In this document: piece after piece, positions 13,501-26,798 of the stretch
Layout: the number at the start of each line of letters is the position of its first letter
Position numbering within the stretch: position 1 is the first letter of the stretch
Source: Lingula anatina
Taxonomy: Eukaryota > Animalia > Brachiopoda
Direction of reading: 5' to 3'
DNA: 64,000 nucleotides
Assembly: GCA_051362555.1 (NCBI GenBank)
Contig: CM120645.1
Location: 15,066,001 to 15,130,000, forward strand
Notes under the pieces: model-generated
Told to the model about the DNA's origin: nothing
What the model saw: only the letters and a program-made list of their open reading frames with translations
Database searches by the model: none
Made by a program: the position numbers and the translations under genes

Positions 13501-16500
13501 TGATCAGAGAATAGACCAAAAAGAAGATTATGGGTGTTGCAACTGGTAGAAGGTGGTAATAGTAACTGTATGGTTTCTTGTCAAATTAATTTTCCTCTAA
13601 TTACATGTTTAGAAGGGCCACCAGTGAATTTCTGTGGTGCACAAATGAAATTAGGATTTCATTACATGAAAATTCATGATATGTTGTCATTCTGTTATTG
13701 TTTATTTATATTATTAGTTACTAGTACTTGGTTCGCAATAAAAAAAAAGTTCATGTACAGTTATAATTTACACAATCTACAGGTGTTATCACAGTTTCAG
13801 TGAATAAATATATTCTGAATCAATAAATAGTGCATGGCATTGAAGTAAGGACAGATATTTGACATATTCTGGCATGTTAGTGAAAGTAAATTTCGCACAT
13901 AAACTGCATATTATTATAAAGCTTCCTTTGAGGTTCATTTTACTTTACAAGTGGACAGGAAATTTTATTGAAATTTCTTGTACAAACTTATATTACTTTG
14001 TTTCATAATATTGTGACCTGTAGGTTGTTAAAAAAACCTTGAATGTAGAGATTAAACAACTCAATAGAGAAAGTTTTAAAGTGGGAATTTTAACTTAAGA
14101 TGAATAATATTTACTAGTAAGTAAGACCTAATAAACAGTGAGATTTCCATTACTGACAATAATAAGAAGCACAAGCGACAGAGCCCTGACCTCCTTCCCT
14201 GCCCCAACCCTAGTCTTACTCTTTTCAAACTGAACCTCAATGAAAAATTGCCTCAAAATTACCCTGTATGGAAGAGAATACAATAGTAAAGCTTGCATCA
14301 GGTGTCATTTGGTGATGAAGAAGGTAATATATATGGTTAAAGGGATAATTACTCTTCGTATGAGATCTATATTTCCCAATAAAAACATTGTGAATAACTC
14401 ATAGAAATATAATATATTCTGTTTTACCACAAAAACAGCAGTTATAGCTATTAATCTGATATCTGAGCTTGTCTTTAGACCACGTGACCTCCATTGATGG
14501 CTATACTCTGTTAAAATCTCTTAGGAGATTTTAACAAAAAACCAAACTTTTTAGAAAAAAAACAGGGACTAACTTTTAATTTTAAAAATGGATTCATTAA
14601 CCATTGGTAAGTATGAGAAAATTGTTGTTTACTCCAGGAAAATTCATTTTTTGGCCGAAACGAAGAATTATAATCCCTTTTATGTATTTTGAGACTGACA
14701 TAGCTTCAGAATTGACTTTTGTAGAAAAGAAAATTTGCAAAATAAGCTTATGGCATCCGAAGTCATTGCAATGTTGAGTGATATGATGCATTGTTTTTTA
14801 TGTTATAGTATTATACTATATAGTTAATGATGATTCTATGTTCTATTCTGTGTTCTGTTCTATTCATTGTTCAACATTTAGGTCATTTCTCAACCAGTTG
14901 ATATCTAGCATATTTAATTAAAGTTCCTATGGTGTGATACCAACTGTTTTTCGATGATATTTAGCCCAGTTGTGTCTACAACATGTACAGTCAGTCACGT
15001 TTGAATTGATTGCTTGACATCGCACCTTACACCTCTTTGAAATGTGAGATTGACTCAAAAGTTGTTCAGAACCGGTCTCAATTGTGGCCAGTGTGAATGT
15101 ATCCAGAGCAGCTGGGACCAGAGAAGAGTGTTTAGAGCAATAGCACCATTGGTCAGTATATGTAATTGCTCCCCTACTCTCACTGTACATATAGACATAA
15201 CATAATCCTCAATGTGTCGCCTCTGGGTTATTTAGTAAGCCTCCCTCTTCAGTACAGATGGGGTGCCTTGATGTGCATTACACATATTTATTATTTATGT
15301 GCATCTAGGGAAGCATTTCATATATGTTTTGATCAATAAACATCTAGTACAATTATTTCAATAATTGAAACTAATGTTTCCTTTTTTTCTTTTGACATTT
15401 TAGTAGAAAGCACTTTCCTGATACTTTGTACTGAAATTAAAGACCGAAACAACATTGTTTATTTGTGTGTGGTCCCTGTTTATTGTGTCATCTTTTCTTG
15501 AACCCTTTAGCCACTGAATCTCTACACACATGAAGATTTAAATTTTAGCGGTGTTCCTGGGAATTAATTCAATATTTTTATTTTACACAAATCTGTCAGA
15601 TCTTTTTTTCCATTAAATTGTTTATGATTTAAAAAAATCTTGTATTTAGTAGCATGATGGGTGATGTGGATCACCAACTTGGAACAAATTTTAAATGAAA
15701 GGGCTACATTTCACTCTTATCACAAGAGCTGCATTCAAGGCTGCTGGCATCACAAGGGTATTGATCAGTCTTTAGTCTTCTGCACCTTCTCTCTCAGTTT
15801 TATAACAGCCCCAGTGGAATTTTACACCCTATAAAACCATAACATAAAGTTGTGCGACAAAATGTCTTTTCTTTTCATTATGTTTATTTATTTTTTTTTG
15901 GCTCATTAAAAAGTGAATAAATTAGCAATAGTTTCAGGGCATCCCCTCCTGCAATAGACAATCATTTTGTGAGAAAGACTTCAGCGCGAAGTTGTGCACC
16001 TTCTGTTCAGCCAAGTGTAAAACACATTTTAAAAACAGTGTTGTTTTTAGCTCTCCTTGACTTGCAAAGTTGATTTATGGAACATGTACTTTTAATCTAG
16101 CATGGCTTAAATGCACTGTATCCATTGAATATCTGAGTTCTCTTGCCTATGAAGTTTTGCTTCAGCTCGCACAAAAACGCAAAAATTTGCATATAAATGA
16201 AATGGGTTATATCATTTATCTTAAGGAATAGCTAATAATGGATCATTTGTAGCGCAGGATGTCTAACCTCCTCAATGTTATTCTGCATAATTAACATATT
16301 GATCATTAATATCCCAGGCCTTTTTCAATAGGTCCAAGCTATGCTTTGATTGATGTTTCAGAAAACAAAAGTGAATGTTTTAGGTTATTACAAATTATGG
16401 GTAGCTGCTGTGGTATGGTATGAGTGTACTACCTTAGCCATTGTGTCATTTTAAGTCCTTATTGTTCTTCAGAGTTACTCAGTGATTCTGTAGATTGTTT

Positions 16501-18490
16501 CTGCACAAAAGAAAATGAGAACCCAGTCTTAGAGACACCTTTTGCAAGATGAATGGGATTTACATAGCTTTGTCTCAAAAAAATGGAAAATTATATAGTA
16601 ATAATGTTTTGACTAAATGAACATTTTGCAATCTTGAAAAAATTAGGCTTCGGGTGATGAATGACATCACTGGGATCAGTTGGATAGCTCTTAATGCCTT
16701 TTACTTAAGTGGCTTGATTGCATGGAAATAGAAACTTAGTACGTAATCAAATTTCCCAGAAACATCTCTTTGCAATTATTGATAAGATGTATCTTAAAAA
16801 GGCATCTTTTGTGTCTGAAGCAAGATGCATTTATCAACCAGCACTTGATAATTTGTTTTGCATTTACCATCTGCAGAAGTTTATGACTTTCTAAGTCTCT
16901 TTTTGATGACATGCCTTTCATTTCCAACTTTAAGTACTTGCAGGATTGTGCATTTTCAAAATTGTGTTTGTTTGTGTGCGTGTGTTTGTGTGTGTGTGTG
17001 TGGACATAGGTGCATACCTCTGTGAATAAATCAGATTTGAATTTTTAATAAAGATCTTTGTTGAATAGACAACACATAGTCTAGTGCAACAAATATCAAT
17101 TATCTTGCTTGCCATTCATGACAATTGGTGTAAAAAAAAAAAGTGAATTCTGCGTTCATGACAACTGGTGTAAAAAAAATGAATTCTGGTTAACTTGCGG
17201 CATTTACCAATTCATTCTCATTCATATGCAAACATTTTCTTCCAGCTGCTCTTTATCGTGCAAGTGTTCTGATAGCCTTTTAGCATCAGGATATCTGCCA
17301 GTGTCATAGCTCTGGTGTTAAGTAAGGCGTAAGTGTAAGTTCTGTGTTGGAATTCTGCTCACAGCCACTTTTTGCAACTACTTCATTGAAATGAGATTGT
17401 GAATTTTGTAGTTCATTGTGCACATTTTATGGATTCATAAACTAATATTGAATGATCAGTTAGGTTGCTTTTAGGAATGTCTCAGTGTTGTTAAATCCAT
17501 TATTTATGTCAGTTTTTAAAGTGGGTGTATTCAGTGAACTCTGATATTTAAAGCATGTCCAAATTATTGGCCATTCTGCCTTATTTATTTAAAAAAATAA
17601 GAATAATTGATTGAATTTTAGCAGAGTTGAGAAAGTAAAAAGAGTGTGCTAAAATGACTTAATTATTAAAATGAATGGATTTGTTCTTTTTGAAATATGG
17701 AATCAGATGGGTTATTTAAGTCTGTTCTGTAATAGATCCTTGTCATGGCTTTGGGCCTACTGTTGATGCCTGTGATAATGTCAGGAGTTCTGTCATTCAG
17801 GTTCAGTGATCAGAACAGCATTCCAGCTTTTAGGGCAGGATAGAAAAAACCATGTTAAGCTGACATTTATTGATGGATGTTAAGTACAGAAGCATGCATG
17901 TAACGATGAGTACGTGCCAGAATTAAGATACATGAGAAGAAAAACCCATTATCTAGTGATGTTAATAATATTAGTATATATTGTTTTTAGTTGTATTGGC
18001 CAGAAAAAAGTAAAAGAGATAAAGTGAGAAAGAGGCAAATACAATAACATTGCTTGCTTAGCGAACATCCTTGTAGCCATGTAGAACAGTACCTTTATAA
18101 TAAAATATTGAAGAGTAGCATAGCTGTCAATGTGGTAATACAGACTTATAAAATAATGCTAGTATTATATAATGGGATGTTGCATACTCTGACAAATATG
18201 AGATATGCTATGTTATTTATGAATTGCTGTTGAAAGCTGCATACAGCACTGATATTATATAATAATATTATGTTATTGCAATATGTGCAACTTTTGATTG
18301 TAGGGAGGTGTCTTACTTTGATAAATAATGGGTGAATTATCATCTGATGTAAATAATCAATTAAAGTTTCCAGAAACAGTGGTCTAATTTTAGAAGGATT
18401 TTCTTCTATGAGGTGGATATTTGTGAATCTTAGGAAGTGTTGTTGTGATTAAATTTTATGTTATTGCATAAATGTGTGAAGTGTCCATAT

Positions 18491-18527
<37 letters not shown>

Positions 18528-19180
18528 TTATTCCAACATGAGCAGAAAGTACAAGCTCACAATATACATAATAAGTATACAATCAGTGTAACAAAAATAA
18601 ATTCATAATTATACTCAAGTTGGTCAAGTCAATATGGCTCTCATATATGTTAATAAAGCCATAACATGATGTTAACGTTAGGAAAATAAACAGTTTACAG
18701 CATATATCAAATGACACACATCATGCTTAGGCCCGCCTCTCCAAAGATTTTCTACCAAGCTAAAATCTAACGCAGGATATTCTTTGCATATAGAGCTTGC
18801 CACAGGACAAAAACATAAAACTTTGTACTGTTTGGATTCACCGGTACCACAGATACATTTCTGATCTTCTAAGGGGATGCAGGACCAGCAGGCATTCTCC
18901 GCTATCAGGTCATGTGATGACAACCTGTACTGGGTTGCAATAATTCTCAAACTCTCTAACGACCATATCAGTATAAATGTCTGAGACAGTTAGGTCCCAT
19001 TCATAATGGATGATCCAAGTACTTACTGATCCGGCGACTAAATATGGCCAACCACAGTTCAAAAGCAATGCTGCTGATTCCTGATGGTCTCCCCGACTCC
19101 ACACGCACCCTTAAATGGATTAAATCTCTGCTCTGAGGTTTAATTGCTAGGCCCCTGCAGCGACAGGGATATGCATTGAT
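18491..19180 (-). mobile_element. 5'-truncated, decayed non-LTR retrotransposon 3' end with (TATC)n tail
   Basis: Minus-strand peptide RIIATQYRLSSHDLIAENACWSCIPLEDQKCICG...VLCFCP resembles the RLSSH..E.G.W..P...R.C.C....H...CP C-terminus of LINE ORF2. It is followed by AATAAA directly before the (TATC)n tail. The 5' boundary is approximate. Confidence 0.72.
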
Positions 19181-22100
19181 CAAATTTTTTTGAAAAAAAA
19201 AACGTGTTTTTCCAATATAAATGTCCATGAATCCTTGTATCCTGTTTACAACTTTCTTCTAAATGTAAATTTGTACTGAATGTTCAGAAACTAGGAATAT
19301 CAAGTCATTCACTGATCACATTATTTTCACAAAATAAGGTTTCCTAAAAACTAGGATACAATCCTAAGATAATAGCTGACATATAGTAATTTGATTATTG
19401 TTACTAAATGCCAGTTCAGGAAATTTGCTGAACAAGTAAAAAAAAATAAAAATAAGAAAGGACTCTAGCGTACTAAATGACTGTTTTGTGGTTTATAAAG
19501 AAACCTGTTGGTATTACCGCTACTGTTCATCAATATGCAGGTTAACCCCGTGTGATTTCACTGCTGGTTGCTGGCAGTGTTGGTTTAACCTGCAAGCACA
19601 GAACTGTAATGATATATCAAGTCTAATGGGATTTTCCATCAAAAGTTTTATGCAGATGACAGCTAGGAAATTAATGTACCTCATAATGGCAGATGAAGGC
19701 TCTTGCGTTAATTAGATTTTCCCAGGGAAAAGACCTAGAGAGGTTTTGGCAGTGACTAATATAGGGAAGATTTTGGGGTTGAGGGAATATATCAAGGATT
19801 CATTGATTTGAGATTAGGCAGTCAATTAAGTGTGTCTCCCTGTCTTCCATGGTTCAGCTGTTGTTTCTTCCCTGGATTGAAGAATGTGTTGCATCAGGCA
19901 ATTGTGTTGGATGTGAAATAAAGGAAGGGTGGCTGGCTCACCTATCACAATTGCAAGTGTCGTGGTTTTAACTTGGTAGTTGTTAGGTGTGCAGGCAGTA
20001 GTATATAAATATTATTTTGATATATTTGCCCTGTCCCCAGAATTCACACACACAAACACTTGCGCGCGTGTGCATATCACACCTGCGTACATACACACAC
20101 AAACATATTTCTCACTGGTTTTACATATCGTTTATGTCTACTTCCTATATATAAAATTTTATTGATTCTTTTCAGATTCAGATTATTTCTAGTTGGCATA
20201 TTTTCATTAAGTCTAGTCCATATCTCATTTGAATCTGTAGATAATCATGATATGATGATTGCTTTTTCCATTGTTAATTCATTTTATTCAATTCATTGTA
20301 ACGTGGTAAATCCTTTTCATTTCACTTCATAATCACAATAAAGCAGTAATATATAATTTAATGAATAAAAATTGTTGTGAATAATTTGTTTAATGAAGCA
20401 ATTTTATTCATGTTTGTAGTATGATACATGTCAATCAGTATTTGCCGTGATCAGTTTAAAACAAGTGCTTTCCAGGGATGGAAGAATTCATGACTTGTAA
20501 CCAGGAAAGAGCTGCAATTGTCAATATTAGTTATCTTGTTGGGCCAAAGGGAGTGAGCGAAGGGTTTTCTCGTGACTGAATATTCTTCAGGCTAATTTGC
20601 TTCCCCATTGTTTTGCATTTGCTTAATGCTGTTGAGATAAGGCAATTGTTATCCCTTTGGCAAATATGCTTTCATTTCTATTTCTATTTCTAGCCATGTT
20701 TGAACTGTGAATGGTGAAGCCCCGCTGACAAGCAGCCAGAGCTCTTTCTAATCAAGAGAAAGACAGGAGGCAAAGGTAAATTCTTATTGATCTCTGTGCA
20801 CATGGTTTAATGGTATCATAGAAATAGGCTCTGTATATAATTTAATTTATGAATGAATGGATGGGTTGGTCTTTTTTTTTTCTTGAATTATCTTAGTTGA
20901 AGTTTATTTTAGTAGTAGATAGATATATACCATGTCATCAGCGTGCTGTCAGTTAAGTAGCTTTGTATATTGTTTTTATTAAAAAAAAGTGTGCAGATTA
21001 TGAAAAAAAAACAAAAAAAAACAAGACAAATGCTAGTGATTGATATAAGGTCACATTTTCATGGCAATTAGAATTATGATAAATAAGAATGGGATCAGAA
21101 CCTTTGTTATAAGAAAAAAGCTCAACCATTTTCTGAATGTGCTCACTGCTTTGAAACATGCCATATTTATATGCCATTAGAATTGATTTTGAAAAAATTG
21201 TTTGCAGAATAATGATATATTACTATTAAATTGATTGTTTTAAAATGATACCATTAACATTGATGATGATTTTTTTTGGGGGGGGGGAGGGGAGTGGTAA
21301 TGAGGAGTGAATAAATGAAAGGTGGTGGGAGGAACAGCAGTGTTTAGAAAGAGAAATGAAGAAATATGTGCAACAGGATGGTCATGTATTGATTCTGAAG
21401 TCACATTTTGGGGAGAAATTCTATGTGCATGTTAATGTCAATTGCAACATGCAGAATTCTTTATAAGATAGTCGAAATGTTGCTATTTTCATCAGTAAAG
21501 TTGACTTATCGATCCATAGTGTTCATGATAATGATTGAATGGCATGTGTTAGATTGTGCTACATTATTGATGTTGTTACAGAGTAATTGACCAGGACCGC
21601 CATACTGTTCACTAGGGGGATGCAATGATAATTTATGGCAATTGTGGCAATATTTTACCTGGAGATTGACAACATGTTGCCTTGCTTCAGTTATAATTTT
21701 GTGATTGAAGATAGATGTTTAAAGAGAAAAAAATTTAGGTCAACAAACTTACCTTTTGGTATATAATTGTTCAAAAATTTTTTCCCATGACTGAACATTA
21801 CTGTAATTGTAAACAAAATGACACATATTTTCAGTCAAAATAAGATGACAACAATGTAAGTGCACATCATTTTATGTGACTACGTTCTCCCTGGACAGTT
21901 TTGCACAAATGATTGCTAGTATTTAAATTTTCAGAAAAGTTCATCGACATATTTTGCCAATAAAACTTGATGTTTTTATTCCATGCCAATCCTCTTTGCA
22001 TCAGAGCAAGTGTCTTGAAGTTAAATAGACGTGCATTTGGGAATTAATTCTCCAAGTGATTCACAGGATTAATTTCTTTTAGAGGAGATCACTTGTTCAT

Positions 22101-23793
22101 GCTGCCTCTCTTGGGTATGGTACAGCTTGTTCCCTGCACTGGTTCTCCATTACATTTTTATGACATTGCCCTATCTTATATGTCATAGCTGAAGGCATTT
22201 ATTTGTAGCGTCATAGTCAAATGCCAGTTGATAGGACTGTAGGGAGCAGTGCAAACATAATGTCACTCTTTAATAGACATTGTCATAAAAAAAAGGGGAT
22301 GTTACACACAGATAATTGAGAAACTACAAATTGGAAACATGTTTTTGGTTTGTGTGTGTGTGTGGGGGGGGGGGGGGGGTATTGGAAAGGGGACTATTTT
22401 TATATACATGTATATATGCCAATATGTTCAACTAGTTTGGAAAGCTATCTTGTTATTGCATTGATTTAAGCAGATATTGGAATAATATATAATTTACAAA
22501 GATAAGATAAGAAATGGAATGGAATACCATTGTGCGAGTGATCCCAATCCATGGACCACAGATAAGTGGATTTGTGGCTGTTTTCATTTAATGTTGGACA
22601 TGAATACAGCATTTTAAACTGCATCATATTGATCAAAAATGATAGAAAGCTATGTATAATGCAATAAAAAGGTATAACTGTCAACTTGGGAAATATTTTA
22701 TTTGATAGTGTGGATCAATTTCCAATTAGAATGTCCCCAGGATGGAAATGGAGCCATTTCATTTTGTTCTGCTGGGTAGGCAGTGTTTTAAAAAAAGAAA
22801 AGATGCAGCGGCTTGTCATTGATTTTATATACATATTCCATTCCTGTACCCATCAACTCCTTTGGTCTGGTTGCCATGACAATCTGTTCTCAAGGGATTG
22901 CACAAGGTATGCTTCTTTGAAAAATTTTCCCCAATAAATTGAACAATCTAGCTCTTTATTGTTGGAGGAGGAAGAGAAATGATTTAGCCATTCGTAAACC
23001 TGCCCTACCTGAACTTTCTGAACGAGGTGATAGGAGTTGTGAAATAGGATTTCTCCCAATTTAGAAATATTACACAACGCAAGTGGACAGTCTTATGATA
23101 AAGTGTGTCTAAAAATAAACGTTCTGTTTGTAATATAACAATAAAGCAAGTGTATCACGCGGTACCGGTGGCTTTGTGTCATGGCGACATTGGCGTCACT
23201 TCGTATACAAGTGTTCTGACAGATGTCACTGCATGGAGTGTGATGAGAGGGCCAGAGGTGAAGTGCTCTGAAATTAAACCAAAATCAGGAGCCAAGTGTG
23301 GTTAGTAGTTAAACATTTATGAATGTCTCTCCCTAGGTAAATGGACAATATAACTTTTAAGAGTTCTATTAATAGAGAGCTGGATTTGTCTTGTTAAACA
23401 TTGATGAGGATTTGGTGCAGGGGTAGATAAGGGGAGTACAATTGGAACACATCATGACGTTGCAGTGTCTGACCTAAATATCCCATTGATGTAATAATTT
23501 TGGTGATATGGATCTGCAGGCTATATTTATACACCTCTATGGACTACTTCAGGCGACTAGAACGACTTAATTGATTGAAAAGCATTGGATTAAGGTATGA
23601 AGGTGATTTTGTAGTTTTGTTAAGTTCAAATATGATTATTGTAGAAAATGGTGTGTTTGCAGATTGAGGCTGGTATTTTAATGATATGGGTGGTAATGTC
23701 TAGATGTAGATATGTATGAAAGCATAGACCCTCCCCCAAGGTATATGTGTGTTTAATCAAAGCTATGGAAATCAATCTGATTTTGTCACTTGA

Positions 23794-23798
<5 letters not shown>

Positions 23799-23832
<34 letters not shown>
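23799..23832. repeat. (TA)n microsatellite
   Basis: Read directly from the sequence. Confidence 0.95.
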
Positions 23833-23836
<4 letters not shown>

Positions 23837-24915
23837 AGATTTGTAGACATGTAAGAGCACAAATGGCAATTGTCTGCATGTTTTTTGACATATCTGCATG
23901 CTAACACATGGTGTGGAGCAATTTTTTGTTATTATTTGGAAATACATATTACTTGCCCTGTAACTAAGAAGTCTGTGTGGACAGACAGGTATATGTTGCA
24001 CACAAGTTTTCCAATCTTCTCTTCCACCAGCAAAGTCACAGTGAAATGTTCTGCCAAGATAAAGATTGTGCTCCAAGCGACGGGGATTTTTTATCTCTGC
24101 CACTATTTCTCGTCAGTATTTTTGGCCTTTAAAAAATTAGCTTTGTTAAAGCTAAGGACTTCTTTTTAGTGAAAATGCCAGTAACCTGAGACAAGATGAA
24201 GTCTGTGTAATAGTTGAAGTCCCCCACTTACTGCGCACTAGGATTTCATGGCAATTATTTTTTCACTGCAGCTTTGTCAGCAGTGGAGCACATAAAGTTC
24301 TTCCTTTTTTCAAAGGAGAAAACCAGTATTATACACTATCCCAACCAGACAAACTTGTTGGTGTCAAGTGGCTGTGTCAATGGTTCTGTGCATATTTATG
24401 GAGCTCATGATCACTTTTTTCTGTCATAGGTGCAATTAGGAGTCTTTAACAGGTTATATAGGACCATTATAGGTCATAGATACTGAAGGTGAAATAGCTC
24501 AGGAGGTAAAGGTAGGAATACTTTTTTGTTCAGCGTATATATAGCATATATTATAGTTGGAACATTATACAAGTGCTTTACCAAGGATCTACCCCAATAT
24601 GACCCAACCAGACAAGTCTCTGGATGAGGTAATGCAGTCAATACAATGAGAATGATAATTAATTGTGCGAATGTGAATATTTACTTGTTTTGTGGAGAGA
24701 AAAATGCACCCTTTATGACAATGATGTTCTACTTTGGAACCCTGTCTCTACTGGCTGTTTATATGCCTTCAGGTTAATTTAATCATGTTGAGTGACTGGG
24801 CCATTGCTGTAGGAATTGTTGTATGTCAGGAACAATTATATGGTTCATAAAACTTATAAACATAGGCATTGGCTTTCAAAGGCACACACGCATGCATGTA
24901 TGCATGCGCACACAC

Positions 24916-25083
24916 CATGCCCAGAGTCAGGTGGGGTTCAAGGGATTCGAAAGAACCGCCCCTTTTGCTGGGAAAAGTTCCACTCTGGGTAAAATTTGAT
25001 CTAGGTACATGAAGTTTTTATGGAAAAGGGTCCACTTTTCCAGAAAAAGAACCCCCCTTTTGAAATTGCTGGCTACAGGCCTG
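24916..25083. mobile_element. Short degenerate MITE (CAGGCC.GTAGCCAG-type termini)
   Basis: Right end CTGGCTACAGGCCTG; the left end CATGCCCAGAGTCAG matches its reverse complement at 10/15. Internal GGGGTTC/GAACC motifs; related remnant near 47390-47589. Confidence 0.55.
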
Positions 25084-26748
25084 CACACAAACCCATGTTA
25101 TAGCAAAAAGGAAGGTAACTTACAATATTTGTTTTGGAGATGAAAATACTGATTGCCAAAACAGGTACTTCCTATTGCATGTGAAACCAGTATCTATTTT
25201 AAGAGCCAGTGCCTGACTTAACATCACAAAAGCCTTTTTAAAAACTTTTCAGTTACATGTGATCAGTTTAGGAGGAGTAGGAAGCATTTCCCTGATGAGT
25301 AACTTATACTTGACTTCATTAGTTAAAACAATAACTTGTCTTATGTACAGTAGAATGGAGAGAAGAGCAACAACAGTGTTGAAATATTGCTCATTTATGA
25401 CATATATAAGTACCTTTTTGCTTGGCTTTTTACTCTATGTCATTTAACCCAGATGGGAATTCCATTTTAGAATCTTCATTATCACTTGAGTCTTCATTCC
25501 ATATGGCAGTATACGTCAGTGCAACTTCAATTAAAAAAAAAAATTTTTTTTTTTTTTTCGTGACTCAACAAATAATAAATATTTTTGTACAGAGTTCAGC
25601 AAGGTGCTTGTTTTCAGTTATTGTTCTGAATTATACTTTGGGGAACATTGTGTCTTGTCATATCCTGTTTCACTACAAACATGTATGGATATATTTTAAA
25701 TTGCCTGTCATCATTTCACAGCTGGTGCTATAGTTGATGAAGTGAACTTAGGTAGGTTTACAAATAGATAGCAAGAGGAGTGGGAGTGCATATTGAAGGT
25801 CGTAATGTTTTGACTTGTACGACACATGGTGCAAAATAATGACTCCTTTATATTGCTTTTTATTGAGAGAGAGAGAGAGAGAGGGGGGGGGGGGCAGGCT
25901 AAGATTACCAAAGACAACTATATTGTGTCAGTGGATTTTCCAAGGTCATGGATTTACTATATATAAAGTGTATGTTTATGTTGTGTCACAGGGCAGTCTA
26001 GGTTTATTTTGGTAAAGCTTTTGAATTGGCTGACAAGTTTCACTGCAGTCTTGTGATGGTGAAACTTTTTATGAGTCATGATTTATGTTGCAACCTAAGT
26101 CTTCCTTTTTCTTCGTTTCAGATTTAAGAGATCCAAAGGCTACAGTGGTAAATAATAATAGAACCCAAGTGGCAGAGTTGTGGTAGGAGTGAGAAAACAG
26201 TGATTAGTTCAAGTTGATAAATTAAGGTAGGTTGCAACTGAATGTAGGATGGACCAATGCCCTTGTGATTATTAACTAAAACAAAGTAATTATAAGCACC
26301 AATGCTAGCTTTACTGTGACTGTAAAAACTGATATTGAGGAACTGTTGATGCCTGTTGTGTTGTACTGGCTTTAAAATGTGTGACCTTTTACTCTCTTCC
26401 TTAAAGGCCTGCAAACACTGTGTTAACCTGGAGGTGCTGTGTACTATTAGAAGTTCATTATGACGATGTATCATAAGTACTCCAAATCGGTTCTAATGGG
26501 ATTACATAAATATTTTACGTGTGTAATGTGCCGTGGTGCGTACTTTATCACATTGACAAGACTGGGGGTTTTTGTGATATCAGATTTGCACTGGTACACA
26601 TGTGTATTATGTATGACAGTAGTCATATGCATATGTGTAAGTGTATCAGTCCATTTTTGATATACATGTATGTTATAGATCCATGTGAATCAGTAATGCA
26701 CTGGTTGACATCGTTATATATTTAAATCCATTTGCACGCGTGTGTGTG

Positions 26749-26752
<4 letters not shown>

Positions 26753-26797
<45 letters not shown>
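26753..26797. repeat. (TG)n microsatellite
   Basis: Read directly from the sequence. Confidence 0.95.

Positions 26798-26798
<1 letters not shown>

Noticed and set aside
14509-14536. 12-bp perfect hairpin TGTTAAAATCTC-ttag-GAGATTTTAACA as a terminator
   Set aside because: Eukaryotic context; more likely part of a transposon remnant.
17115-17190. Short two-copy duplications here and at 5690-5765, 32120-32180 and 54125-54255
   Set aside because: Ordinary slippage duplications with no sign of function.
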